From assembly GCA_964527235.1 (NCBI GenBank), contig CAZGNC010000001.1:83220-147219 (forward strand): a DNA stretch of 64,000 bases, given 5' to 3'. Both the position numbers and the translations under genes were made by a program. The DNA is from an uncultured Candidatus Saccharibacteria bacterium. GTDB taxonomy: Bacteria; Patescibacteriota; Minisyncoccia; Phycocordibacterales; UBA9973. A model generated the notes under the pieces. It was not told the origin of the DNA and did not search any database. It worked only from the letters and a program-made list of their open reading frames with translations. This document shows positions 47,542 through 57,168 of this stretch, one piece after another. Each line of letters begins with the position of its first letter. Positions within the stretch are counted from its first letter, which is position 1.

Positions 47542-48321
47542 ATGAGTCACAACAATACAATGAAAGGAGTTATCTTGGCGGGCGGCCGAGCGACAAGGTT
47601 GCACCCATTAACTTTGGTGACCAACAAGCATCTATTGCCGGTTTTTAATAAACCTGTAATTTATTATGTTATAGAGAAAATGGTTAGGTTAGGTATAGAT
47701 AAAATAATGATAGTCACTTCCCCAGAACATGTTGAAGACTTCATAAAGTTACTTGGCTCAGGCGAGGGTTTCAAGCCTAATGGTAGAGGAAGTCAAATAC
47801 AGATAGTCTATGGTATACAGAATGAACCCAATGGAATCGCGCAAGGTTTATGGATTGCTAAGGATTATGTCGGCCAGGATGCGTGTATGCTGTGTTTAGG
47901 GGATAATATTATCGAAGATGATTTAGAAAGCCAAGTTAGAGGTTTTACAGAAGGATCTGCGATATTTTTAAAGGAAGTAGAAGATCCTAGTGCTTTTGGT
48001 GTTGCTGAAATAGATACAAATGGTAATGTGTTGGGGATAGAAGAGAAACCTAAAATTCCAAAATCTAATTTTATTGTTACAGGTGTGTATTTATATGACA
48101 ACACTGTCTTCGATAAATTTGAAGGTATACAGAAATCAGATAGGGGTGAATATGAGATAAACTACATAAACAATCAATATATCAAAGAGGGGAAGATGAA
48201 GGCGCATTTTTTACATAAAGCTTGGTTCGATACTGGAACTTTTGAAGGATTGGCAGAAGCGAATAAATATATGGAAGAAAAAGCTAAAACTATTGATAGT
48301 ACTAAATCACATGACATATAA
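47542..48321 (+). CDS. rmlA: Glucose-1-phosphate thymidylyltransferase-like sugar nucleotidyltransferase
   Basis: MKGVILAGGRATRLHPLTLVTNKHLLPVFNKPVIYY. Confidence 0.85.
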   Translation: MSHNNTMKGVILAGGRATRLHPLTLVTNKHLLPVFNKPVIYYVIEKMVRLGIDKIMIVTSPEHVEDFIKLLGSGEGFKPNGRGSQIQIVYGIQNEPNGIAQGLWIAKDYVGQDACMLCLGDNIIEDDLESQVRGFTEGSAIFLKEVEDPSAFGVAEIDTNGNVLGIEEKPKIPKSNFIVTGVYLYDNTVFDKFEGIQKSDRGEYEINYINNQYIKEGKMKAHFLHKAWFDTGTFEGLAEANKYMEEKAKTIDSTKSHDI

Positions 48322-49270
48322 AAAAACTATATTGATAACAGGGGGAGCTGGGTTCATTGGTAGTAATTTTTTAAATATCTGGGTAAAAAAATACCCTGAT
48401 TATTTTTTTGTAAATATTGATTCTCTAACGTATGCCTCTGATATGTCTAACGTCTTGGTTGAGAAGATGGAAAATTATAATTTCCAGAAGATGGATATTA
48501 GAGATTTTAATTCTCTAGATCTTTTATTCAAAGAGTTTAATTTTACAGATATAATAAATTTTGCCGCGGAGAGTCATGTGGATGTTAGTATTGATAATCC
48601 TAAGATATTTTTAGAGACTAATATTGTTGGGACATACAATCTGCTTGAACTAGCTCGAAAGTACAATATAAAAAGGTTTTACCAGATATCTACTGATGAG
48701 GTTTACGGTTCTCTTGCGATAGATGATAAGCCCTTCACTACAGATTCCATTTTGAATCCTAGTAGCCCATATAGCGCAAGTAAGGCAAGTGCTGACATGT
48801 TGGTCTCTGCCTATCATAAAACCTATGGCCTGGATACTGTTATTTCTAGAAGCACTAATAACTACGGCCCCAATCAAGATAATTCTAAATTCATACCTAA
48901 ATTTATTGAGAATTTAATAAAAGGGGAGAAAGTTCCTTTGTATTCAAATGGTCAGCATGTACGTGATTGGATATATGTGTTAGATCATGTGGAAGCTATT
49001 GATGTTGTATTTCATCGTGGTATTTCGGGCGGTGTGTATAACATAGGTTCTAATCAAGAATTTACGAATAGGGAAGTCGTCAATAAACTTCTAGAGTTGT
49101 CTGGGCGAGATGAGTCGTACATAGATAATGTGCCTGACCGCTTGGGGCATGATTTTCGTTATGCATTAGACACCAAAGAAATGTTTGAAGAATTTGGTTG
49201 GCAAGCGCGTACTAGTTTTATTGAAGGCATACAAAAGACATTTGATTTCTATAAGGAGAAGCGTGTTTAA
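48311..49270 (+). CDS. rmlB: dTDP-glucose 4,6-dehydratase
   Basis: ILITGGAGFIGSNF Rossmann motif; catalytic YSASKASADMLV (YxxxK); YQISTDEVYGS. Confidence 0.9.
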   Translation: MTYKKTILITGGAGFIGSNFLNIWVKKYPDYFFVNIDSLTYASDMSNVLVEKMENYNFQKMDIRDFNSLDLLFKEFNFTDIINFAAESHVDVSIDNPKIFLETNIVGTYNLLELARKYNIKRFYQISTDEVYGSLAIDDKPFTTDSILNPSSPYSASKASADMLVSAYHKTYGLDTVISRSTNNYGPNQDNSKFIPKFIENLIKGEKVPLYSNGQHVRDWIYVLDHVEAIDVVFHRGISGGVYNIGSNQEFTNREVVNKLLELSGRDESYIDNVPDRLGHDFRYALDTKEMFEEFGWQARTSFIEGIQKTFDFYKEKRV

Positions 49271-49273
49271 ACT

Positions 49274-49663
49274 ATGAAGACGCAACTTTATCAAACAATT
49301 CGGTATGTCTTAGCTGGAGCGACAGGGGCTGGGATAAATTTCTTGATTTACTTTATACTTCTTAGGTTTTTAAATGTATGGTATGTTCTGGCGTCCATTG
49401 TTTCATTTACCCTCTCTCTTTTTGCAGGTTTTTATTTACAAAAACATTTCACTTTTCGTAATTTCTCTAGTCATAATATTAAAAATCAAATGGCGCAATA
49501 TTATGCTTTTTCTGTTTTAAATTTAGTTATCAATGTTGCAATCTTAGCTTTCTTGGTGGAGATAATAATGATGGGTAAAGTTATATCTAAGGTTATTACC
49601 CTAATTATAATCTCTCTCTGGAGTTATTTTATTTATCAAAAGATTATATTTAAAAACCCTTAG
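49274..49663 (+). CDS. GtrA-family membrane protein (polysaccharide biosynthesis or flippase-associated)
   Basis: 4 TM segments. YVLAGATGAGINFLIYFILL...FYLQKHFTFRN is typical of GtrA. Confidence 0.65.
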   Translation: MKTQLYQTIRYVLAGATGAGINFLIYFILLRFLNVWYVLASIVSFTLSLFAGFYLQKHFTFRNFSSHNIKNQMAQYYAFSVLNLVINVAILAFLVEIIMMGKVISKVITLIIISLWSYFIYQKIIFKNP

Positions 49664-50613
49664 ATTGTATTATTACGAGCCATTTGTGTCAGCTCTTGAA
49701 CTCGCAGTCCATCTTCGAAAGAAGGGGTCATTTGTTGGCCGTTCTGACATGCCTTTATAAATCTTTTTGCCAAAATTCTAATTATTTTTACTCGCTGGTC
49801 TTCGTTTCCTACCTGTTTGTCTCTTTTTGTCTTTAGTATTTTGATTTTTTTACCATTTAATTGTGTTGATATTTGGAAATTATCCACTACGCTATTTTGA
49901 GTTGATAATATTATAGTGCCTTTCTCGCACTCAAATACTAGTTTATGTTCTATTAAGTTTGGGTGTACACATGATACGTGCACATCTCCAATAACCCCGT
50001 TTTTGAATTGGATAGATAGATCCACAGTTGTTTCTGCATACCTTGGTCTATCTTTAGGATAAGTAAGTTTAGCCTTTATGGTTTTTATTGGACCTGCAAA
50101 ATGTTCTAGGTAGTAAAGTCCATGAGAGAAATAAAAAGACAACACCCCGCCTCCTTCTTGTGTGTTATTTTTCCAGGAGTATTGGCTGTTTTTTATACTA
50201 TTAGCTAGCCATGCCCAATTCACTGAGATTTTCTTTAATTTGCCAAATTTTTTTGTGTCTAAGAGTTCTTTAACTTTTCTCCATTCTGCAATTTCAGGAA
50301 ATTCAAAATCTACACAAGTTATAATTTTATGTTTTCTAGCAAGTTTGGCTAGTGATTTACCTTGAGCTAGGTTTGCTGATAAGGGTTTTTCTGCGAATAC
50401 GTGTAGGCCCTGACTCAGAGCTTTTTGGGCGATATTGTATTGTTGACTCGGAGGTACCGCTATTGCTACTGCATCTAGGGATTTATTTTTTAATACATCT
50501 ACCCATTCGTGTCCAGGGAAAACTCCAACTACTTCACAATCTTTCAGCGAGCTGAATGCTGGCAGTAGTCCTATTTTACCAAAATTTGAACCGATGATAG
50601 CTAGGCGTATCAT
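49660..50613 (-). CDS. Gfo/Idh/MocA-family NAD(P)-dependent sugar oxidoreductase
   Basis: MIRLAIIGSNFGKIGLLPAF Rossmann N-terminus; EKPLS motif. Confidence 0.75.
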   Translation of the reverse strand: MIRLAIIGSNFGKIGLLPAFSSLKDCEVVGVFPGHEWVDVLKNKSLDAVAIAVPPSQQYNIAQKALSQGLHVFAEKPLSANLAQGKSLAKLARKHKIITCVDFEFPEIAEWRKVKELLDTKKFGKLKKISVNWAWLANSIKNSQYSWKNNTQEGGGVLSFYFSHGLYYLEHFAGPIKTIKAKLTYPKDRPRYAETTVDLSIQFKNGVIGDVHVSCVHPNLIEHKLVFECEKGTIILSTQNSVVDNFQISTQLNGKKIKILKTKRDKQVGNEDQRVKIIRILAKRFIKACQNGQQMTPSFEDGLRVQELTQMARNNTI

Positions 50614-51893
50614 TTTATGCTTGAATTTTTTATTATTCTAAAATTAGGCAATGGTATAACGAAATCTGATTTTAACCCAGCTCTTTTCAGTCTTGTGGTT
50701 ATGACTTCTTGGTAGTGCCAAGAAAGTATCACCACAAAGTCGGGTTGGTCCTTGAAAAGTATTTTTTCCTTCACTATAGGTATGTGTTTGCCAGGAAGAT
50801 ACATGCCTAGTTTTAGTGAATTATGTAGTTCAGCTAGGTAGGGCATTAATTCCTTATCTACACCGTAGTAATTTAATAATGTAGATGCGCGTCCCGGACA
50901 TGATTTCCCAACTACAGTTTTACCAGACTTTTTTGCGTTTATTATGAAACTCATGAAATCTAGACGAGCTTTTTTTACTTTTTGTGCAAATTCTCGATAA
51001 GTTTCAATTCGTTCTAGGCCAGCATCCTTTTCTAGTTTTAGTAGATTCTTTACATTTTCACTAACTGGTCTGTTCTTACCTTTCATTACATGGATTCTAA
51101 TATTACCACCATACCTACTTCCTCGTTCTACATCCGTTACGGTGAAGTCATATTGGTCAAAAAGCACAACAAGAGATTTCAGTGAATAAGTTCTTAGATG
51201 TTCGTGGTATATAGTATCAAACTGAACTTCCTTTATTACATCCATAAGATAGTGTGTTTCAGAAATGAATACTCCGTCATCTTCTAGTAAGTTATAAACA
51301 CCCATGATTACTTCACCCAATGTCTGTATGTGGGCGAAGACGTTTGTGGTAGTTATAATCTTCGCCCTACCATATTTTTCTAATATTTCTTTTGATGTGT
51401 CTATGTCAAAAAATTTCTGCAACGTTTTTATCCCATGCTTGTTAGCATATTTAGCCATGTTTGTAGGTTCTATTCCTAGTGTTTTTATCCCTTTTGATTT
51501 AAAGCCACTAAGTAACGTGCCGTCGTTGGATCCTATATCTATAACTAGGTCGTTTTTATTCAGAGAGTATCTTTCTGTTAAAGAATTTGCAATATCTTTC
51601 TGGTACACAACTAGTGGCTTGGATATGCCAGTACGGTAGGGGTATTCTGGATAATAAACTTCTCCTCCATCAACACAGTAGTCAATTTGGATCAAGGTAC
51701 ATTTTTCACACCACATCATGTGTAGTGGGTAAGTTTTCTCAGGGGTGTTTAAAGTCTTGTTTGTTAACAGGCTGTCGCAAGGTGGCTGGTGGCCCAAATC
51801 TAGTATGAGTCGGAGTTTATCATTGGCACATACTTGGCACTTATTTATCGGGCCTGTCTTTATTGAGTGGTGTCGAGGATATTTCAGCTTCAT
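50610..51893 (-). CDS. NDP-hexose C-methyltransferase-like class I SAM methyltransferase (TylCIII-type)
   Basis: N-terminal Cys-rich C-x-x-C...C (CQVCAND...PPCDS). SAM motif VIDIGSNDGTLLSGF. C-terminal C-methyltransferase-like domain. Confidence 0.65.
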   Translation of the reverse strand: MKLKYPRHHSIKTGPINKCQVCANDKLRLILDLGHQPPCDSLLTNKTLNTPEKTYPLHMMWCEKCTLIQIDYCVDGGEVYYPEYPYRTGISKPLVVYQKDIANSLTERYSLNKNDLVIDIGSNDGTLLSGFKSKGIKTLGIEPTNMAKYANKHGIKTLQKFFDIDTSKEILEKYGRAKIITTTNVFAHIQTLGEVIMGVYNLLEDDGVFISETHYLMDVIKEVQFDTIYHEHLRTYSLKSLVVLFDQYDFTVTDVERGSRYGGNIRIHVMKGKNRPVSENVKNLLKLEKDAGLERIETYREFAQKVKKARLDFMSFIINAKKSGKTVVGKSCPGRASTLLNYYGVDKELMPYLAELHNSLKLGMYLPGKHIPIVKEKILFKDQPDFVVILSWHYQEVITTRLKRAGLKSDFVIPLPNFRIIKNSSIK

Positions 51894-51996
51894 ATGGTTG
51901 TGTCTATTTAATCACGTTATCGTATAATTTACAAATTAAATATTTTATTAAAACCATAGCTTCCTTTTTTTAATAATCATTGTTATAATTCACCCC

Positions 51997-52380
51997 ATGA
52001 GGAAATTAAACATAATTCTAGTTCTTCTTATAGTTGTTTTGAGTGCAACAACTTTTTATTTTTACAGGAATAGTCAAATTTCTAAAGGTCCTGGATCAAA
52101 AACTATTGATCAAACTGAAGCCAAAGCCCTATCTGACAAAGTGGGGAAATTAATAATGTTACCTTCGGATGAAATTCCTACAATCGCGACCGTTTCAGAC
52201 CCTGAGGCTCTCAAAGATCAGTCTTTCTTTGTTGATGCAAAGAAGGGTGACAAGGTTCTGATATATTCAAATGCCAAAAAGGCAATCCTTTATGACCCAG
52301 TAGCCAACAAGATCATAACAGTTGCCCCTCTTGATACTAAAAACCAAAATCCAAATTCTACCCAATCCGGAACTCCATAA
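51997..52380 (+). CDS. Small TM-anchored hypothetical protein, paralog 1 of a tandem pair
   Basis: Shares GKLIMLPSDEIPTIATVSDPEALKDQSFFVDAKKGDKVLIYSNAKKAILYDPVANKII with the next gene. Extended -10 TGTTATAAT lies 7 nt before the ATG. Confidence 0.55.
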   Translation: MRKLNIILVLLIVVLSATTFYFYRNSQISKGPGSKTIDQTEAKALSDKVGKLIMLPSDEIPTIATVSDPEALKDQSFFVDAKKGDKVLIYSNAKKAILYDPVANKIITVAPLDTKNQNPNSTQSGTP

Positions 52381-52433
52381 TAATTGACTTTTGTAGTTGT
52401 ATTTCTGAAATAGAACTATGTTATAATATTTAA

Positions 52434-52874
52434 ATGAGAAAGTTTGCCTGGGAGCATCTTCCGTTGATTTTGGTGTTTTTGCTCGTTGTTGTGGGCTCTT
52501 TGACTGAATATTTTTATGAAAATGATGTCGTGTATGAGAACCCCAATTTAATTGCTGAAAGTCAGGTCAGTGTTTATACAGAAAAGATTGGTAGGCTGGT
52601 GTTTCTACCAAAGGATGAGATACCAAGTGTTGCCACAGTGTCTGAGCCAGAACTTCTAAATAATCAGATATTTTTCGCAGAAGCGAAGAAGGGATATATA
52701 GTGCTTATTTATTCAAACGCAAAGAAGGCTATATTGTATGACCCAATAGCAGACAAAATTATTGCCATGGCTTCAGTCAATATAGGTGATGTAGAGCAAT
52801 CAGCTGAAATGTTGCCGGATTTACAGCCTGGGCAATTTAAAGAGTCAGACACGACAACAGAGAATCAATTTTAG
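52434..52874 (+). CDS. Small TM-anchored hypothetical protein, paralog 2
   Basis: GRLVFLPKDEIPSVATVSEPELLNNQIFFAEAKKGYIVLIYSNAKKAILYDPIADKII. Confidence 0.55.
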   Translation: MRKFAWEHLPLILVFLLVVVGSLTEYFYENDVVYENPNLIAESQVSVYTEKIGRLVFLPKDEIPSVATVSEPELLNNQIFFAEAKKGYIVLIYSNAKKAILYDPIADKIIAMASVNIGDVEQSAEMLPDLQPGQFKESDTTTENQF

Positions 52875-52890
52875 ATTAAAATATTTATTC

Positions 52891-53967
52891 ATGCGATTTT
52901 TAGATCTTAAAAAATATTTTCCAGAAACCATACTCATCGTATTTTTTCTATTGTTCGGTGTTGCTTACTTTGCAAGTGCAGAGACTCTGACTAGTACGAA
53001 TTTTATTATCAAAGATCCAGTGATAGGCACAGGAGGGGGCTACGGATCTTCTGCTAGTTTTCAATTGCTTTCTGAGGGTGATAAAGTTTTGACCGGAGCA
53101 GGCTCATCTACTTCTTTTATTGGGCATTATGGATTTTTATATTATCCATTCATTACTGAAGCTGTGCTTACCGCCGTTGCCAATGGTTCTGATGGCGACC
53201 TGACTTGGACTGCCTCTGATGCTGGACAAGGCTGGACTGTATCAGGCTACAACGTGGGTAAGGCGACAGCACCTGGCGGTCCTTATACTTACATTGATGT
53301 CGGCAATGTGTTGCTTTATAGTTATGACAATCTTGCACCCGGGGATTACTGCTTTGTGGTGCAGACTTATGATGTGTTTGATTATGTGATTGCTACATCT
53401 AATGAAGACTGTATAACGATATTACCCACCATTGTTTTCGACTTAGACACTGAGGCTGGCGGTGGCACAGGAGAATCTTCTACTCCATATAGTGTAGGTT
53501 TGGGAGTTATCTCGACCTCAGACACCCGTGTCTCTGGAACTACCGATGGCATACAGATGATTGTCGCTGAAGGAGAGACAAATGCTACGAGTGGCGTGGT
53601 AGTCACTGTGCGTAATACGAATGGTGCAAATGGTCTGGCTTCCACCTCAGTGCCTGCTGATGATATCGATAGTGCTGATGGCACCATGGCTGATGGCACA
53701 GAGAACTATGGTTTATGTGTGGCGACTGCAGGACTTACTGGGTTTGCTCGATCTTCACCTTACAATTCTGGTACTTGTGCGACCGATTCCGAAACCAATG
53801 ACATTCAGGGTTTGACTTCAGTGGGGGAGAATATATTAAATTCTGCGACGGTACCGATGGTGGGAGGTCATGCTGAGATTATAGTCAATGGCGCCATTAG
53901 CAACATCACTCCTGCTCATTCGGATTACACCGACACCTTAACTTTCATTGCGACCAGCACATTTTAG
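52891..53967 (+). CDS. Secreted cell-surface protein, paralog A (divergent N-terminal half, conserved C-terminal ~190 aa)
   Basis: Signal peptide ...AYFASAET. The C-terminal region is ~80% identical at protein level to paralog B (SSTPYSVGLGVISTSDTRVSGTTD...HSDYTDTLTFIATSTF). Confidence 0.6.
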   Translation: MRFLDLKKYFPETILIVFFLLFGVAYFASAETLTSTNFIIKDPVIGTGGGYGSSASFQLLSEGDKVLTGAGSSTSFIGHYGFLYYPFITEAVLTAVANGSDGDLTWTASDAGQGWTVSGYNVGKATAPGGPYTYIDVGNVLLYSYDNLAPGDYCFVVQTYDVFDYVIATSNEDCITILPTIVFDLDTEAGGGTGESSTPYSVGLGVISTSDTRVSGTTDGIQMIVAEGETNATSGVVVTVRNTNGANGLASTSVPADDIDSADGTMADGTENYGLCVATAGLTGFARSSPYNSGTCATDSETNDIQGLTSVGENILNSATVPMVGGHAEIIVNGAISNITPAHSDYTDTLTFIATSTF

Positions 53968-54067
53968 TAGTTATCCACAGAGGCATTTTATACTGTGAAA
54001 GTATTATATAGTATAATTAAGGCATAATTTATTAACAAAATTTTAATTTATTAATTAATATAAAAAT

Positions 54068-55225
54068 ATGATAAAGAAATTAGGTAGTTTGTCTTTCGCC
54101 AAGTTCGTTAGCGGTTTCACTATATTGGCTATACTCACAGTTATGGCTGCTCCACAGCCAGCACAAGCTGCGTCAGTCACTAGTGCCAAGGCTACATTTG
54201 GTAGACTGAAGGCAAGTACTGCCAATGAATACGGCACCATTGAATTCGCTACTCCCACAGGCATACAGACTGGAGGTGCTGATACCATAAGCTTTACTTT
54301 CAGTGCTGACTTTACTCTAGCTGCTGAGTCCGCAAACAACTTCGACATAGAGCTTGGAGACAGTGCTACTTGTTCTTCTGCTGTTTATACCGATGAAGTT
54401 GTTGCGTTGACTGCTTCGGCTACAGATTGGGGAGTGGATGTGACTGGCAATGTGATAACTCTTTCTCCTGAAACTGACCAGACTCTTACAGCAGGATTCT
54501 GTATGAGACTTGTTTGGGGTACAGCTGCTACAACTGGAGCTACTGGTTCTGCGAGTACTATAACTAACGGAGCTGCAGACGATGATGACACGATAGTTAT
54601 CGGTGGAGTTTTTGGTGATTCAGGAACTATTACAGTAGACATAATCGACGATGATCAAGTTACAGTTACTGCAACAGTAAACCAGAGTATTACTTTCGAC
54701 CTAGACACCTCTGTGGCTGATGGCGAAACATCTACTCCTTACTCTGTTGCTTTGGGCACAATAACAGTAACCGATACAAGAGTTTCTGGAAGCACTGATT
54801 CTGTTAATATGATTATTGCTGAGTTAGACACAAACGCTTCTGGCGGTGCTGTGGTGACTGTAAGAAATGCTAATGGTGCCAACGGCCTAGCTTCTACTTC
54901 AGTGCCAGCAGACAACATAGGTAGTGCAGATGGTACCATAGCAGATGGCACTGAGAACTATGGTCTGTGTGTTATGTCAGTAACGCAAACTGCTGGTACT
55001 CTAGCAAAAGCGTCTCCATATAACGCTGGAACATGTGCAACTAACTCTGAGACCAACGACATACAAGGCTTAACTACTACTGGAGAAAATATTTTAAACT
55101 CTTCTTCTGCTCCTATCGCAGGAGGACATGCTGAGATCGCAGTTAACGCTGCTATCTCTGGGGTTACAGTAGCGCATTCTGATTACACTGACACTCTGAC
55201 TTTCGTTGCGACCGGAACTTTCTAG
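54068..55225 (+). CDS. Secreted cell-surface protein, paralog B
   Basis: Signal peptide ...AAPQPAQAAS. C-terminal TSTPYSVALGTITVTDTRVSGSTD...HSDYTDTLTFVATGTF. The DNA is only ~70% identical to paralog A, so the duplication is old. Confidence 0.6.
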   Translation: MIKKLGSLSFAKFVSGFTILAILTVMAAPQPAQAASVTSAKATFGRLKASTANEYGTIEFATPTGIQTGGADTISFTFSADFTLAAESANNFDIELGDSATCSSAVYTDEVVALTASATDWGVDVTGNVITLSPETDQTLTAGFCMRLVWGTAATTGATGSASTITNGAADDDDTIVIGGVFGDSGTITVDIIDDDQVTVTATVNQSITFDLDTSVADGETSTPYSVALGTITVTDTRVSGSTDSVNMIIAELDTNASGGAVVTVRNANGANGLASTSVPADNIGSADGTIADGTENYGLCVMSVTQTAGTLAKASPYNAGTCATNSETNDIQGLTTTGENILNSSSAPIAGGHAEIAVNAAISGVTVAHSDYTDTLTFVATGTF

Positions 55226-55249
55226 TACCAATAACTTAATTTTTGGATA

Positions 55250-56281
55250 ATGAAAAACCACTCAAATTGCAGAGTATTGCTAACACTTTTCACGATAATA
55301 ACACTCGGCATTTGTTTGTATCCGGGAAACGCTGATGCGATAACCATAACTCCAACTCGCTTTGAGGTGAGTGGCAACCCAGGAGAAACTCTAAGCTATG
55401 AGATACTACTTATAAACGAAACTGAATCCTCAGAAACTTTTTACCCTTCGTTTTCAAACTTTGAAGCTCAAGGGGACACTGGTAGCCCTGCTTTCACTGA
55501 GCCTACTGATGATCTAGGAACTTGGATGTCGGCCGACATGTCGTCGGTGTATCTTGCACCAAGACAGCAGAAGATAGTTCCATTTAAAATTCAAATACCT
55601 AAAGATGCAGAACCAGGAGGGCATTTTGCTGTGATATTCTGGGGTACTTCTCCTCCCAATGGAGCTCCTGGTGTCGCAGTTGGTGCCAAGACTGGAGTTC
55701 TTGTCCTTCTTTCTGTGAATGGAGATGTTCGAGAGGAGGCGGGGTTGTTGGATTTCAATACTAAAGATAAAAAGTTTTTCTATAAGACCTTACCAGTTTC
55801 CTTTGAATATAGATTGAGAAATGACGGAGGAGACAGAATAAAACCAAATGGTGTTATAAAAGTAAGAAACACTTTCTTCTTGCCATCTGAGAAATTAGAT
55901 GCAAACCCTGTACAGGGAAACGTCTTACCAAGCAGTACACGAAAGTTCAAGATTGATTGGGTTGAATATGAAAGAGCTCTAGATTATGTGCCACCTACTG
56001 GAGTATTCAAGAAATTCTGGAGTGAGACAGTCTATCAATGGAGAAACTTCGCAGTTGGCTTGTATTCAGCAAATCTAAACATAGAATACGGTACGCAAGG
56101 CGCTAAAGCTAAAAGCACATCTTTCTTCTTTGTCTTTCCTTGGCAACTTGTATCAGTGTTGTTACTAATATTTATTATAGTCTTCTGGGGTGGTAAGAAA
56201 ATTATCAGACGCTACAATAGATTTATAATCGAGAAGGCAAGGGCTGGTATGCATTTACCGTCCGATTCTTCTCATGTCTAA
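55250..56281 (+). CDS. Cell-surface protein with signal peptide and C-terminal TM anchor plus basic tail (DUF916-like architecture)
   Basis: SP ...CLYPGNADA. C-terminal VLLLIFIIVFWGGKKIIRRYNRF. Confidence 0.4.
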   Translation: MKNHSNCRVLLTLFTIITLGICLYPGNADAITITPTRFEVSGNPGETLSYEILLINETESSETFYPSFSNFEAQGDTGSPAFTEPTDDLGTWMSADMSSVYLAPRQQKIVPFKIQIPKDAEPGGHFAVIFWGTSPPNGAPGVAVGAKTGVLVLLSVNGDVREEAGLLDFNTKDKKFFYKTLPVSFEYRLRNDGGDRIKPNGVIKVRNTFFLPSEKLDANPVQGNVLPSSTRKFKIDWVEYERALDYVPPTGVFKKFWSETVYQWRNFAVGLYSANLNIEYGTQGAKAKSTSFFFVFPWQLVSVLLLIFIIVFWGGKKIIRRYNRFIIEKARAGMHLPSDSSHV

Positions 56282-57167
56282 TTCTTTTAAATTTTATCTT
56301 GTTTTTTCTTTAGCTCTATTTGTTTCTTGTTTTTGCGTTAGAGTTGTTTTGGCACAAACTGGACCAGTTACTGAGAATGTGAATGTAACTGCCAGGGTTG
56401 GCGAGGAAGTAGTAGTCACTCCTGGAGGCCCTAGCGGGGGTAGTGTGGCTTCGCCAGCTACTGCGGTGAGATTTTCTGGACAGGCTTACCCTAACGCAAG
56501 TGTTAAGCTTTTAAAGTGGGGTCAAGAACAGGTGGAAGTGTTTGCAGATCAAAACGGAAATTTCTCTATTACGTTGCCAGAATATTATGATGCTAGTGTG
56601 CTTTACTCGCTTACCGCTGAGGATATATTCGGGAACAGGTCTCTAATAATCAACTATCCTCTGGTTGTTAAGGTTGGCTTTGTTACGCATCTAAGTGGTG
56701 TGCGATTTGCTCCAACAATAGTGACAGATAAAACTGAAGTTAAATCCGGAGACTATTTAACGGTTAGCGGCTATGCATTACCAAGTCAGAATATGGAAAT
56801 ATTAGTAGATGGGGCAGCGAAGCGTAATTTTTCCTTAGTTTCAAATTCTGATGGAACTTACAAGATAGTCTTACCACTCTCTCTCTTGCCGAAAGGTGAA
56901 TACACAGTTTCTATACACTATATAAACGATGATCGATTTAGTAAATTAGTAAAATTTATAATAGGTGAGTTGAATATTCTTAATGCTGACATATTACTAA
57001 ACATTCCGGGGGATTGTAATACTGATAAAATAATAAACTTAGTTGATTTCTCAGTGCTAGCATTCTGGTATGGTAAACCCAATCCGCCTGTGTGTGTTGA
57101 TACGAATGCAGACAAGAAAATCGACTTGATAGACTTCTCAATATTAGCTTTTTATTGGACTGGATAA
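56274..57167 (+). CDS. Secreted protein with C-terminal dockerin-like domain
   Basis: Signal peptide. Two tandem Ca-binding dockerin segments GDCNTDKIINLVDFSVLAFWY and DTNADKKIDLIDFSILAFYW, with D/N at positions 1, 3, 5, 9 and 12 plus the following aromatic/Leu pattern. Confidence 0.7.
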   Translation: MSNSFKFYLVFSLALFVSCFCVRVVLAQTGPVTENVNVTARVGEEVVVTPGGPSGGSVASPATAVRFSGQAYPNASVKLLKWGQEQVEVFADQNGNFSITLPEYYDASVLYSLTAEDIFGNRSLIINYPLVVKVGFVTHLSGVRFAPTIVTDKTEVKSGDYLTVSGYALPSQNMEILVDGAAKRNFSLVSNSDGTYKIVLPLSLLPKGEYTVSIHYINDDRFSKLVKFIIGELNILNADILLNIPGDCNTDKIINLVDFSVLAFWYGKPNPPVCVDTNADKKIDLIDFSILAFYWTG

Positions 57168-57168
57168 T

